Shown: positions 34,757-43,243 of the stretch, piece by piece | Layout of the letters: the number at the start of each line of letters is the position of its first letter | Numbering within the stretch: position 1 is the first letter of the stretch | Assembly (NCBI GenBank): GCA_015062745.1 | Contig: SUUB01000003.1 | Coordinates: 52,245 to 111,786 of the forward strand | Length of the DNA: 59,542 nt | Direction: 5' to 3' | Source of the DNA: Actinomycetaceae bacterium | GTDB lineage: Bacteria; Actinomycetota; Actinomycetes; Actinomycetales; Actinomycetaceae | Translations under genes and position numbers: made by a program | Notes under the pieces: generated by a model | Database searches by the model: none | Told to the model about the DNA's origin: nothing | The model's input: only the letters and a program-made list of their open reading frames with translations

Positions 34757-34828
34757 CTTCCACATTATGTCACGAGCCACATATTATGTCCTAACGCCAC
34801 CTATATTATGTCAGTTCTTATGACAAAA
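34757..34828 (+). repeat. Cluster of XerD-arm-like direct repeats (ATTATGTC x3 plus TTATGAC)
   Basis: ATTATGTC at 34764, 34783 and 34805, each preceded by CCAC; TTATGACAAAA at 34818. The core is identical to the right arm of the dif site. Confidence 0.85.
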
Positions 34829-34921
34829 TCGACTCTGACCTGGGCTTTTATCCCTTAGTAGTGGCTGATGCTTGCAACCGCCGCTGGCCGAGGCGGCCAG
34901 CGGCCCGCAACGGCTGCATGG

Positions 34922-35278
34922 CTACTTACGCCGACGGCGCATCCGTAGCTTGCCCGAGCGCAGCAGTTCAAGTCGTTCGTCCAGAAGCACCTGGAGCTCA
35001 TCCTCGGTGCGGCGTTCCATAAGCATGTCCCAGTGAGTACGCGGAGGCTTGACCGGTTTCTCTTCCTCCGGCTCAACCTGATCTCGCAACTTACCTTCTT
35101 GACCGCAGCGGCATTCCCACGTTGCCGGGGGCTCCGCATCCAGGGCCATGGCCACACCAAATTCGTGACCATTCGGGCAGTCGTACATCACCTGCTTGCG
35201 ATCAACAAAAGCAACGCCTTCATCGGTCTCTAAAGAATTGGCACCGATCTTCATTCCGCGCAGTGAACGCTCGGCCAT
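34922..35278 (-). CDS. rbpA: RNA polymerase-binding protein RbpA
   Basis: MAERSLRG, Y.CPNGH, W.C.CG, RTHWDMLMERR...EL..LLDERL. Confidence 0.96.
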   Translation of the reverse strand: MAERSLRGMKIGANSLETDEGVAFVDRKQVMYDCPNGHEFGVAMALDAEPPATWECRCGQEGKLRDQVEPEEEKPVKPPRTHWDMLMERRTEDELQVLLDERLELLRSGKLRMRRRRK

Positions 35279-35404
35279 CTTGTTCCTCCTTTGTTTCAGT
35301 ACTCGATTTTATCGGGCAGGGTGCCGGTGGAGCGTGCTCGGTTGCGATAACGGCGTTCTAAAGCGGCAAATTCCGGCCGAGCGGCCACGCGCCCCTTTTC
35401 GTGC

Positions 35405-35432
35405 CGTGCCGATAATGTACATTATGTCAAAC
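35405..35432 (+). other. dif site (XerCD chromosome dimer resolution)
   Basis: CGTGCCGATAA-TGTACA-TTATGTCAAAC has the 11-6-11 layout of dif (E. coli GGTGCGCATAA-TGTATA-TTATGTTAAAT); it is intergenic and sits where the gene-strand bias changes. Confidence 0.9.
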
Positions 35433-35723
35433 TGGCTCTGCGTATGCACCGTGAGACGGGTGTGCCGCATCACACTTGTCTCCACTGCCGCACGTGCTAC
35501 TCTTGCACGCCGTCGGGCTCGTCGCGCTGGTGTCAGGTGCAGACCCGTCGCAGACGCACATAATTGAAGTCCAGGATCCTGAGGTTTGCGTCTGCGTAAC
35601 TCTGCGTCAGCGTGACTTAGCGGCCGCCTGGAGTTGCCGCTAATCTACTCGGCTGCGCGGACCGGCATGCAGGCAGCTTGCCTCGCAACACCCATGCAGC
35701 TGGCTGATCTAGGTCTTCTAGGT

Positions 35724-36386
35724 TCAGCCGACCTGAGTCTTTTCGAGGCGCTGGTCCTCGAGCTGGTATTGCACCTCGCACTGCGCGGCAACCGCGTGAT
35801 TATGTGTGGCGACGATGAATACCGTGCCTGTTTCTTGCAGCGAACGGAAGAGCCCTAGGATCTCTGCTTCAGTGGCTTCATCGAGGGCACCGGTTGGTTC
35901 GTCCGCCAGGATGATCTGCGGTTTCTTCGCCAGCGCACGGGCAATCGCCACCCGCTGCGCCTCTCCTCCGGACAGTTTATCGACGCGTTTTCGCTCGAAT
36001 CCGCCCAGTCCAACGCGCTCCAGACACCTCGTAACCACGGCGGCACGCTCATTTCGGTCGGTAACGGCCAGAGCGATGTTCTGAGCCACATTGCGATCCG
36101 GTAGCAAATCGTAGTGCTGGGAAATGACACCAACGTGCTCGCGGCGGTACTTTGCCATCGCGGCACCCTTCTTCCCCAACTCCACGCCTTGGAAGGCGTA
36201 TGTTCCGCCGTAGGCGATATCAAGTCCAGCCAAGATGCGCAGCAAGGTCGTCTTGCCAGAACCGCTGCGCCCCAGGATCGCTACGGAGCGTTCGGACTTA
36301 ATCGCGAAACACAGGCCATCGAACAGGACCCGCTTGCTGCCGTCCGGCTCCTTGAACTCCTTGTAGATTCTATCCAGGTCTATCAC
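35724..36386 (-). CDS. ABC transporter ATPase (LolD/MacB type)
   Basis: GRSGSGKT, LSGGEAQRVAIARAL, ILADEPTGALD; GTG 36386 with GGGAGG and a GTGA overlap. Confidence 0.92.
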   Translation of the reverse strand: MIDLDRIYKEFKEPDGSKRVLFDGLCFAIKSERSVAILGRSGSGKTTLLRILAGLDIAYGGTYAFQGVELGKKGAAMAKYRREHVGVISQHYDLLPDRNVAQNIALAVTDRNERAAVVTRCLERVGLGGFERKRVDKLSGGEAQRVAIARALAKKPQIILADEPTGALDEATEAEILGLFRSLQETGTVFIVATHNHAVAAQCEVQYQLEDQRLEKTQVG

Positions 36387-37657
36387 TTTGCCTCCCGAGC
36401 AGACCGTAGAACACGTAGCACCATGCCACGCTGAATGGTGGCATCGACAATCGCGATGCCGGCCAACAGTGCACCCGCCGCCATCAGAGCAAGATCGTCC
36501 CTGTTTGGAAGGTTTCGGGCAACAAACACCAACAGCACAAAGGCACAAGCGTACTCGAGCAACCAGAAGCGCCGATGCCGCGCCACAACACGAGCGTCCT
36601 CGGCCCCGAGCATTGCCCACACCCGCGTCTTTGCCGCGCGCCGCGCACTCAAGAAGCGATTGAGTACGTACAATACCACGCATGCGGCAGCAGCGATAAC
36701 AAGTTCCAACCCGATAAGCAACCCGCGGTTGTCCTCAATGAGCTGGCGCATAAAGCCGAGCTGCACTAGAAATATGGGAGTATTCGTCAACGTAAAGTCT
36801 GTGAAGCCACTCCGCTCGCCGATCACATTAAGGCGGCGGAACACTTCGTCCGAAGTGATCGATTTTGGTACAGCGATATCACTGTTGATCATGGCGAAAG
36901 TCAATATGCCGCAAAACTTAGTCTCCAGGCCGGAACACTCGTTAAGACGTGGCGGATAAGGGATCAAGACATGTCGGTCGAGATAGAAATTCGGCTCTCC
37001 TTGATACGGGATGGATGAGTTCTGTTCTAGAAACCCGACCACTTGGAACTTCAGCTTCTCGTACATCCATCCCTCAATGGTGTCACCGATGGCGTAGTAC
37101 GGCTTGAAGTCATTTCCGAGCAGCACCGGAACGGTACCCGATGCGTAATCGACATCCTCCCAGCGGATTTCCTTTCCATCTTGCGCGCGTAAGCCGTAGA
37201 AGTTGTACGCTTGCTCATTCATCTGTACGGACTTCACATCCAGCACGCGCCGACCGTCTTCATCCTCGTAGTATCCGGACGAGGAAAGATCAGTACCATA
37301 AGCATGCTCGAAGGTCTCATCGCCACGGAATTGAACTTTGAGCAAGGCCTGGTTGAAGACGGAGAGCATTTCGAGGGTTGAATCTGCATTCAGCTGATCA
37401 TAGAACTCAGCAATTTCGGCAACACGATGACGTGAGTTTGTCGCCTCGGAGAACAGTTGAGGTTCGGCGAGCATGTCAACAACCGTAAAGATGTTGTAAT
37501 CGAGTTGCTGCGTCAAGTTCTGTTCAATGGCCAGGTCCGTGTTATGCGAAAATGACTGAAGATTGTAAACGCTCAAACAGACGAGAAGCATGATGAGCGC
37601 CTTCAATGCGCTTATTGGACCATTTCGACGCAAGTCATAGAGCACCTCACGCATCAT
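36383..37657 (-). CDS. MacB/FtsX-like ABC permease
   Basis: N-terminal TM, large extracellular domain (VLLGNDF..YAIGDTI..FQVVGFL), three C-terminal TMs. Confidence 0.75.
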   Translation of the reverse strand: MMREVLYDLRRNGPISALKALIMLLVCLSVYNLQSFSHNTDLAIEQNLTQQLDYNIFTVVDMLAEPQLFSEATNSRHRVAEIAEFYDQLNADSTLEMLSVFNQALLKVQFRGDETFEHAYGTDLSSSGYYEDEDGRRVLDVKSVQMNEQAYNFYGLRAQDGKEIRWEDVDYASGTVPVLLGNDFKPYYAIGDTIEGWMYEKLKFQVVGFLEQNSSIPYQGEPNFYLDRHVLIPYPPRLNECSGLETKFCGILTFAMINSDIAVPKSITSDEVFRRLNVIGERSGFTDFTLTNTPIFLVQLGFMRQLIEDNRGLLIGLELVIAAAACVVLYVLNRFLSARRAAKTRVWAMLGAEDARVVARHRRFWLLEYACAFVLLVFVARNLPNRDDLALMAAGALLAGIAIVDATIQRGMVLRVLRSAREAK

Positions 37658-38579
37658 CTCCCGACCTCCTTCCGTCTAATAGCAACGGCGTTATGGTCGC
37701 TACGAGAGCAAGGCAGAGTGCAGTGAGCCCTAGGAGCGGCGGTGAAATCAGCAAGGGCAAGCTCGTACTCGCATAGGCGATAAGGCGTTGAGTGACGGCA
37801 AAACTCACAACTGCGATGCACGCTACCACGGTTAGCCTTCGAACAATGAAAAGCCTACGGGAGAACCCCAAGAGGTGCATCACACGGTATTGCGGCACAT
37901 ATTGACTGCCGTACAACCACCCCGCGAACAGGTAGCTCAGCGCAGCCAACAGGTATCCCACCCCAAGGAGTATCGGCGTGACAGTATCGACTGTGGTGCG
38001 GCGCGCGACACCATAGTCAAAGCCTTCTAACACGGCGCCCGGGTCGATTTCGCTGTACCTTGTTGCCGCCTCGGAGCCGTCAATAACGATGCTGCGCGCG
38101 GGGGCTCTACGGAAGAGTTCGTTGTCCTTCACCACAATCTCGTTCTGCAAGGCGCTTCCGTTTTTCGTTCCCAGCACGCCAACCACTTTGTAGTGCTCAT
38201 TTTCAAGCGTCACGTATCGCGCGCCATTGCGCTGTTGAGTCTCAATATCGGAGCCCACCAACGCCTCCCGTGTCGCAGAGTTTGTAAACCCGGTGCCGTT
38301 ATGCACTGGGAACGGAAGACTCGCCATATTGTTTGCGGCAACAACGCGCACACCCTCGTAGGCATCCAGTTCAATGAAAACACGAGCGTCGTCCCCCAGC
38401 CCCTTCATCCGCTCCAGAAGCTTGGGAGACTCACTTTTGAGCAGCACCGCATCACGCGTATACAGGTGACTGCCTTCAAGCAACAGCGCCTGCTGCCGAA
38501 ACCAATACTGCCCCAGCAGTGCAATAAGCGTCGATGCTGTGGCGATGATCAGAAAGACCGATACAGACTTTGCCCTCAC
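37647..38579 (-). CDS. Second MacB/FtsX-like ABC permease
   Basis: N-terminal TM, G..F....EALVG..YKVVGVLG, C-terminal TMs with HLLGFS. Confidence 0.7.
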   Translation of the reverse strand: MRAKSVSVFLIIATASTLIALLGQYWFRQQALLLEGSHLYTRDAVLLKSESPKLLERMKGLGDDARVFIELDAYEGVRVVAANNMASLPFPVHNGTGFTNSATREALVGSDIETQQRNGARYVTLENEHYKVVGVLGTKNGSALQNEIVVKDNELFRRAPARSIVIDGSEAATRYSEIDPGAVLEGFDYGVARRTTVDTVTPILLGVGYLLAALSYLFAGWLYGSQYVPQYRVMHLLGFSRRLFIVRRLTVVACIAVVSFAVTQRLIAYASTSLPLLISPPLLGLTALCLALVATITPLLLDGRRSGDDA

Positions 38580-38617
38580 CGTGCTCCACCTTAGTCGTCT
38601 AGCTGAACACGAGCCTG

Positions 38618-38650
38618 CGGGTGCCCAATATCGCGCATACTGGGGACCCG
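38618..38650 (-). terminator. Intergenic stem-loop after the secreted peptide gene
   Basis: CGGGTGCCCAATAT-cgcgc-ATACTGGGGACCCG imperfect inverted repeat, no U-tract. Confidence 0.5.
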
Positions 38651-38657
38651 AAGAGAC

Positions 38658-39113
38658 TCATCTCACACCATAGTATGTGCGTGCCTGTCCAATTCCACCG
38701 CTCGGCAAATGCGGGTTGAACGGGGTCCACTTCGTTTTCGCTTCGGTGCCGTGCCATCCCCACTGCCTTCCGGAACTCGTGATTACACCACCGTATGGTG
38801 GTTGGTGTTCGAGAGTAGCCGTGGTGTAGTGGTACACGTTTCTCCACGTGGTCCACCCATGTGACCTTTTGTGGGTGGTGCCGCGAATCGTTGTCCTTTC
38901 TGATCTTCCTGTGTGGCGTACTACGCCAGGCTTTCCGGTTACTGGCATGATCTCGTCACCCGAGTCTGCTGCCGCCGAAACGGTATAATACCCACCATCT
39001 TCCGACCAGCCGCCCACAACGGTTCCATCCAAATCAGATGCGGACGCGGTTGGAAGTATTCCTGTCAGTGCTAGCGCGCAAATGGCAGCGACCCCGCTGA
39101 TTCGACGCTTCAT
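38658..39113 (-). CDS. Secreted cationic peptide/protein, lactococcin 972-like bacteriocin candidate
   Basis: Sec signal peptide ending ASA; basic W/H/T/G-rich C-terminal domain with H.T.AT, SGRQW and terminal ARTYYG; RBS AAGGAGG; first gene of the ABC cassette. Confidence 0.6.
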   Translation of the reverse strand: MKRRISGVAAICALALTGILPTASASDLDGTVVGGWSEDGGYYTVSAAADSGDEIMPVTGKPGVVRHTGRSERTTIRGTTHKRSHGWTTWRNVYHYTTATLEHQPPYGGVITSSGRQWGWHGTEAKTKWTPFNPHLPSGGIGQARTYYGVR

Positions 39114-39186
39114 GTGTTCCTCCTTCGTTGAGAGTGACCGCGATATTCAGACGTGTAGTCCGTGACCATGCTCGGTCACGTTACTC

Positions 39187-39215
39187 AGTATAGGTCAGCG
39201 TTTCCTTACCGGCAA
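39187..39215 (-). promoter_or_regulatory. SigA-type promoter of the peptide/ABC cassette
   Basis: TTGCCG (39215-39210)-N17-TATACT (39192-39187) on the minus strand. Confidence 0.7.
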
Positions 39216-39549
39216 GTTGCCACCGAGACTCATCTTGGGCGCCCGTGAAAGTGGTTCGGTGACTCATCTGGAACGGCCCGCGAGAGTCGCGGATCGTGGT
39301 GGATATGGGGAGTGGGTTGTCAATGCAGGCCAGGACGGAGATCACTGGGAAGTAGGCGAAGGCCTATGCCACGGCGTCCAAGGGCGATCGGGGGAGGATG
39401 CCCGGTGAGGTGTGCGCGGTGACCGGTCGGGTGTTGAGAGGGTGCCAGGCGGCGCCAGAGAGCGGTAGCCAAGCGTCCTGCGGGAGCTGGCAGGCCTTGA
39501 GCCCAAGGCCTGCGCACGAGTACTCCTAGTGAGGCCTTAAAGGTGTTAC

Positions 39550-39803
39550 GGGACTGCTGAGGGTTTGGTTGACGTCTGGGTTGCTTCACGGGTGTGGGGC
39601 TAGGAAGGATGTTGGTTATGGCAAGGTTGTATAGCGTGCAGTTCAAGGCTGACGCGGTCGCACTGGTTGAGTCGGGGATCAGCCGTCGGCAGGTGTGCGT
39701 TGATCTGGGGATCTTGCGGTCCTCGCTGCAAAAGTGGATCACAGAGGCTCGCTTGGATGCTCACGGGATGAGCTCGTCAAGCGATCCGGCGGTCGCTCAA
39801 TGA
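39550..39803 (+). mobile_element. Truncated IS3-family element (left end + partial OrfA)
   Basis: From ATG 39618: YSVQFKADAVALV....RQVC.DLGI..SSL.KW HTH; upstream GGACTGCTGAGGGTTTGGTTGACG resembles an IS3 left IR; no OrfB. Confidence 0.8.
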
Positions 39804-40014
39804 CTCTGGCACCACACCTAGCCCCCACCCCGAAAGGCATCGTCTTGCCACGGCACGGAGCGGGAAGCTTGATCGGAACCAACGGTATGCCCTCAAGACG
39901 TACATGCCAACAGTCTCAAAGAAGAGTCCGGATACGTCATGTGCTGATGTGAACCTGGTCCACAAGGTGAGGTCATCACCTGTCGAAGCCACGAAGCGCG
40001 ATAGCCTCATGACT

Positions 40015-41511
40015 ATGAGACTTGGCGTCGACTTTGGAACCACACGTACGACTGCCGCCGTCGTCGACCGCGGCAACTACCCGGCTCTCACCTTTCCGGA
40101 TGCCGACGGCGATGCGCAGGGCTATGTCCCCTCAATCGCCGCTGAGGTGGATGGACGCTTGGTGTACGGTCACGAGGCGGCAGCCGCCGCACGGCAAGGT
40201 GCCTCACACCTACGCTCCTTTAAACGGCTCTTGTCGAGCGCCGGCGTCACCGAAGCCACCTCCACCCGGGTCGGGTCTATCGAATTACCCCTGATCGACC
40301 TCGTCACCGAATTCCTTGCCCACGTCGCCGCGGCGATTCGCTCCGAACTGCAGCTCGATGACGGCGACTCATTGGAGGCCGCGGTCGGTATTCCCGCTCA
40401 GGCGCATTCCGGGCAGCGCCTGCTCACTCTCGAGGCATTCCGGCGCGCCGGCTTCGACGTCGTCGCGATGCTGAACGAACCCTCCGCTGCCGGCTTCGAG
40501 TACACGCATCGCCACGCACTCACCGTCACCTCACGCCGTACCAAGGTCCTCGTGTACGACATGGGAGGAGGCACCTTCGATGCCTCCCTTGTAGCGGCCA
40601 CGGGTACGAATCACGACGTCCTCGCATCCATGGGTGATAACGAACTGGGCGGCGACGACTTCGATGTAGCACTCGCAAAGTTGGCGGTCGAGCGCTCCGG
40701 GGCCCCATTGCCCGATGACCAGTGGGACGCATTGGTGGACGCCGCGCGCGAGGCGAAGGAAGCACTACACCCCCAGTCGCGGTACATCACGCTTGAGGTG
40801 GGCGGTGCACCGCTGGTCATTTCGGTCAAGGACTTCTACCAGGCGGTTGCCCCCTTCGTCACTACCACCATGGCCACAGTGGAGGCACTGCTGTATGGCG
40901 AGGGTGAGATTGAGGAGAGTCTGCCTCGCGATCTCGCCGGACTGTATGTGGTTGGCGGCGCTTCGGAGCTACCGGTGATTACCCGTATGCTGCGTGAACG
41001 CTATGGCCGACGCGTACACCGCTCCCCTATGACAGCCGCATCAACCGCGGTTGGCTTGGCCATTGCGGCCGATCCCGAGGCGGGATATACCCTCACGGAT
41101 CGCCTGTCGCGCGGCGTGGGCGTGTACCGCGAGGAGGAGAACGGGGCGCGCGTTAATTTCGAGTCTCTATTAACACCCGAACTGCGTACCAGCCTCACGG
41201 AGCCAGTGACGGTATCGCGCACCTACCGGGCCGTGCACAATGTCGGCCGTTACCGCTTCGCCGAGTACACCTTGGATGCCAACGGACTGCCGCGCGGAAC
41301 AGCCATCCCACTCGGCGAAGTGCTGATGCCCTTCGATGTGGCCCTGCGTGGTACAGACATTGACCTCGAGAACGTGCCCGTGCAGCGCATCGGCAACGGC
41401 CCGCTGATCGAGGAACTGTGCACCGTGGATCCGACGGGCGTCGTCACGGTAACGCTGCGCGACGTCGAGGCAGGCTTTGAAGTGTCGCAGACACTCGGCA
41501 AGGCTGACTAG
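40015..41511 (+). CDS. Hsp70-family protein (non-canonical, no helical lid)
   Basis: GVDFGTT, LNEPSAAG, YDMGGGTFDAS, LGGDDFD, VVGGAS. Confidence 0.9.
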   Translation: MRLGVDFGTTRTTAAVVDRGNYPALTFPDADGDAQGYVPSIAAEVDGRLVYGHEAAAAARQGASHLRSFKRLLSSAGVTEATSTRVGSIELPLIDLVTEFLAHVAAAIRSELQLDDGDSLEAAVGIPAQAHSGQRLLTLEAFRRAGFDVVAMLNEPSAAGFEYTHRHALTVTSRRTKVLVYDMGGGTFDASLVAATGTNHDVLASMGDNELGGDDFDVALAKLAVERSGAPLPDDQWDALVDAAREAKEALHPQSRYITLEVGGAPLVISVKDFYQAVAPFVTTTMATVEALLYGEGEIEESLPRDLAGLYVVGGASELPVITRMLRERYGRRVHRSPMTAASTAVGLAIAADPEAGYTLTDRLSRGVGVYREEENGARVNFESLLTPELRTSLTEPVTVSRTYRAVHNVGRYRFAEYTLDANGLPRGTAIPLGEVLMPFDVALRGTDIDLENVPVQRIGNGPLIEELCTVDPTGVVTVTLRDVEAGFEVSQTLGKAD

Positions 41512-42167
41512 TGAGCGGAGACAACTTGCGTTTCGTTGCTGAGGAGCGGGCCGCGCTGACCAGAACTCTGGAACAGTTCGGCCCCGACGCTCCGACGTTG
41601 TGTGAGGGATGGACCACACGGGACCTGCTGATTCATCTCATTGAACGCGAGATTTACGCTGCTGCCGGGCTGGGATCCTGCCTTCCCGGCCCGTGGCGCA
41701 GCACCGCCCGGGATCGCCTCACATCCTTGCAAATGGCGGACTATCCTGGCCTGCTGACGCTCTTTCGCGACGGCCGTCAACGCTACTCTCCCCTGCGACT
41801 CACGCCACTTGACGGCGCGATGAATACGATCGAATACGCAGTGCATCACGAGGATGTTCTACGTGCCGGTGAGCAACCGCAGCGCCGGACCTTGCAACCC
41901 GCGGCACAACAGGTGATTCTCCGCCGTCTACGTCCCCTTGCACATATGCTTCTGGGCCGTTCTCCTGTGCGCGTGCGGATCGAATCCCCAGGTTACGGCC
42001 ACTTCACCGTTGCGACAACGCGGCGGCATCGGGCGGAGGTTCTCGTGATCGGTGAACCACTTGAGATTGCACTCTTCTCTTTCGGCCGCGAGGAACACGC
42101 GGCAGTCGCTCTGCGTGGAGCGGACGACGCCGTCGCGCTGCTCCGAAAGGCACGCCGCGGCTTTTAG
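41511..42167 (+). CDS. TIGR03085-type DinB/MDMPI-superfamily metal-binding protein
   Basis: ERAAL...GPDAPTLCEGWTTRDL..HL..RE, EY.VHHEDV.RA. Confidence 0.85.
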   Translation: MSGDNLRFVAEERAALTRTLEQFGPDAPTLCEGWTTRDLLIHLIEREIYAAAGLGSCLPGPWRSTARDRLTSLQMADYPGLLTLFRDGRQRYSPLRLTPLDGAMNTIEYAVHHEDVLRAGEQPQRRTLQPAAQQVILRRLRPLAHMLLGRSPVRVRIESPGYGHFTVATTRRHRAEVLVIGEPLEIALFSFGREEHAAVALRGADDAVALLRKARRGF

Positions 42168-42387
42168 CGACGCCCGAGGGCAGCACGGCTAGCGTTGTTC
42201 GCACGTCTCAGACTAAGCCGACCGCTCTTTAGATGAAGCGGACACTGCGACCGCATCCATCCCGAAGGGTAGGCTCTGGCGCCGCCCGTTACTTTATCGG
42301 CGCTCCCCGACCGCATATTCGGCCGCCGACACATGTGCTGCCGACTACATGCATTCAAAATGCATCGACGACGACGCGTCGAGTAGG

Positions 42388-42960
42388 CTACATCGCGTTT
42401 CGCTTCGCGGCGCGCCTCTTGGCGAGTTCATCCTCGACGACGACCGCGCCTTCTTCCTCTGCGCGCTCGGTGGGCAACTCGCTCAATGAGCCTTCGACTT
42501 CGCGCCACACCCGACCGACAGCGATGCCGAAGACGCCTTGACCGCCGCGCACAAGATCGATGACCTCGTCATCCGAGGTGCATTCGTACACCGACGCACC
42601 GTCGGACATGAGCGTAATCTGTGCCAGGTCATCGACACCATATTCTTGCAGCTGCGAAATGGCCAGCCGGATTTGCTGCAGCGAGACCCCTGTATCGAGC
42701 AGGCGCTTAACGACCTTGAGCACGAGGATGTCACGGAAGGAGTAAAGACGTTGACTCCCAGAACCGCGGGCATTGCGAATGGTCGGAGACACCAAGCCGG
42801 TACGGTCCCAATAGTCAAGCTGTCGATAGGTGATTCCAGCAGCGCGGCATGCAATCGGTCCACGGTAACCCGTCTCCGCGTCGAGATCAGGTAGAGGGTC
42901 GCCAAAGAGCATCTGCTGCGCACGCTGCTTCGCGGCTTCGTGTGCCGTCGCGTCGCTCAT
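42388..42960 (-). CDS. MerR-family regulator (Rv1830-like)
   Basis: GYRGP.AC..AGITYRQLDYW, GSGSQRLYSF.DIL.LK, GGQGVFGIA; ATG 42960 with GGAGG. Confidence 0.92.
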   Translation of the reverse strand: MSDATAHEAAKQRAQQMLFGDPLPDLDAETGYRGPIACRAAGITYRQLDYWDRTGLVSPTIRNARGSGSQRLYSFRDILVLKVVKRLLDTGVSLQQIRLAISQLQEYGVDDLAQITLMSDGASVYECTSDDEVIDLVRGGQGVFGIAVGRVWREVEGSLSELPTERAEEEGAVVVEDELAKRRAAKRNAM

Positions 42961-43069
42961 TCTTGGCCTCCAGTTAGTAATACTTCGCGCGGGCGAACCG
43001 ATCCTCGCGCGCCAACGAGTTAACGATATAGCAGGACAGTGCCAACAGGTGTGCACGGTCCCGGCGTGT

Positions 43070-43098
43070 CTTAACATCAAGTTGAACTTGAGGTTAAG
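43070..43098. promoter_or_regulatory. Near-perfect palindrome, probable operator upstream of the MerR gene
   Basis: CTTAACATCAAGT-TGA-ACTTGAGGTTAAG, with 12 of 13 arm positions complementary. Confidence 0.65.
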
Positions 43099-43243
43099 CA
43101 CATCGCCCTTTTGCTTAGAATACGCCTAGAACGAGGAAAAGCGCCACACCCAGGACGCCTGGATACCTCCGCCGTCCGCCACGATTTCCATCGGCGAGCG
43201 TTCCATCCACAAGTCGGCCGCGCGACCACGCCCGCACGGCCGA

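Noticed and set aside
34757-34828. ATTATGTC repeats as a mini-CRISPR or a second full dif site
   Set aside because: Repeats and spacers are far too short for CRISPR, no cas genes are present, and there is no XerC arm at the right spacing.
35314-35321. GGGCAGGG (KOPS-like) pointing toward dif
   Set aside because: The same orientation also occurs right of dif (55319) and the motif is common in high-GC DNA; polarity cannot be established by eye.
35549-35596. 10-bp inverted repeat CGCAGACGCA…TGCGTCTGCG near dif
   Set aside because: Long loop and no other support; cannot be assigned as a terminator or element end.
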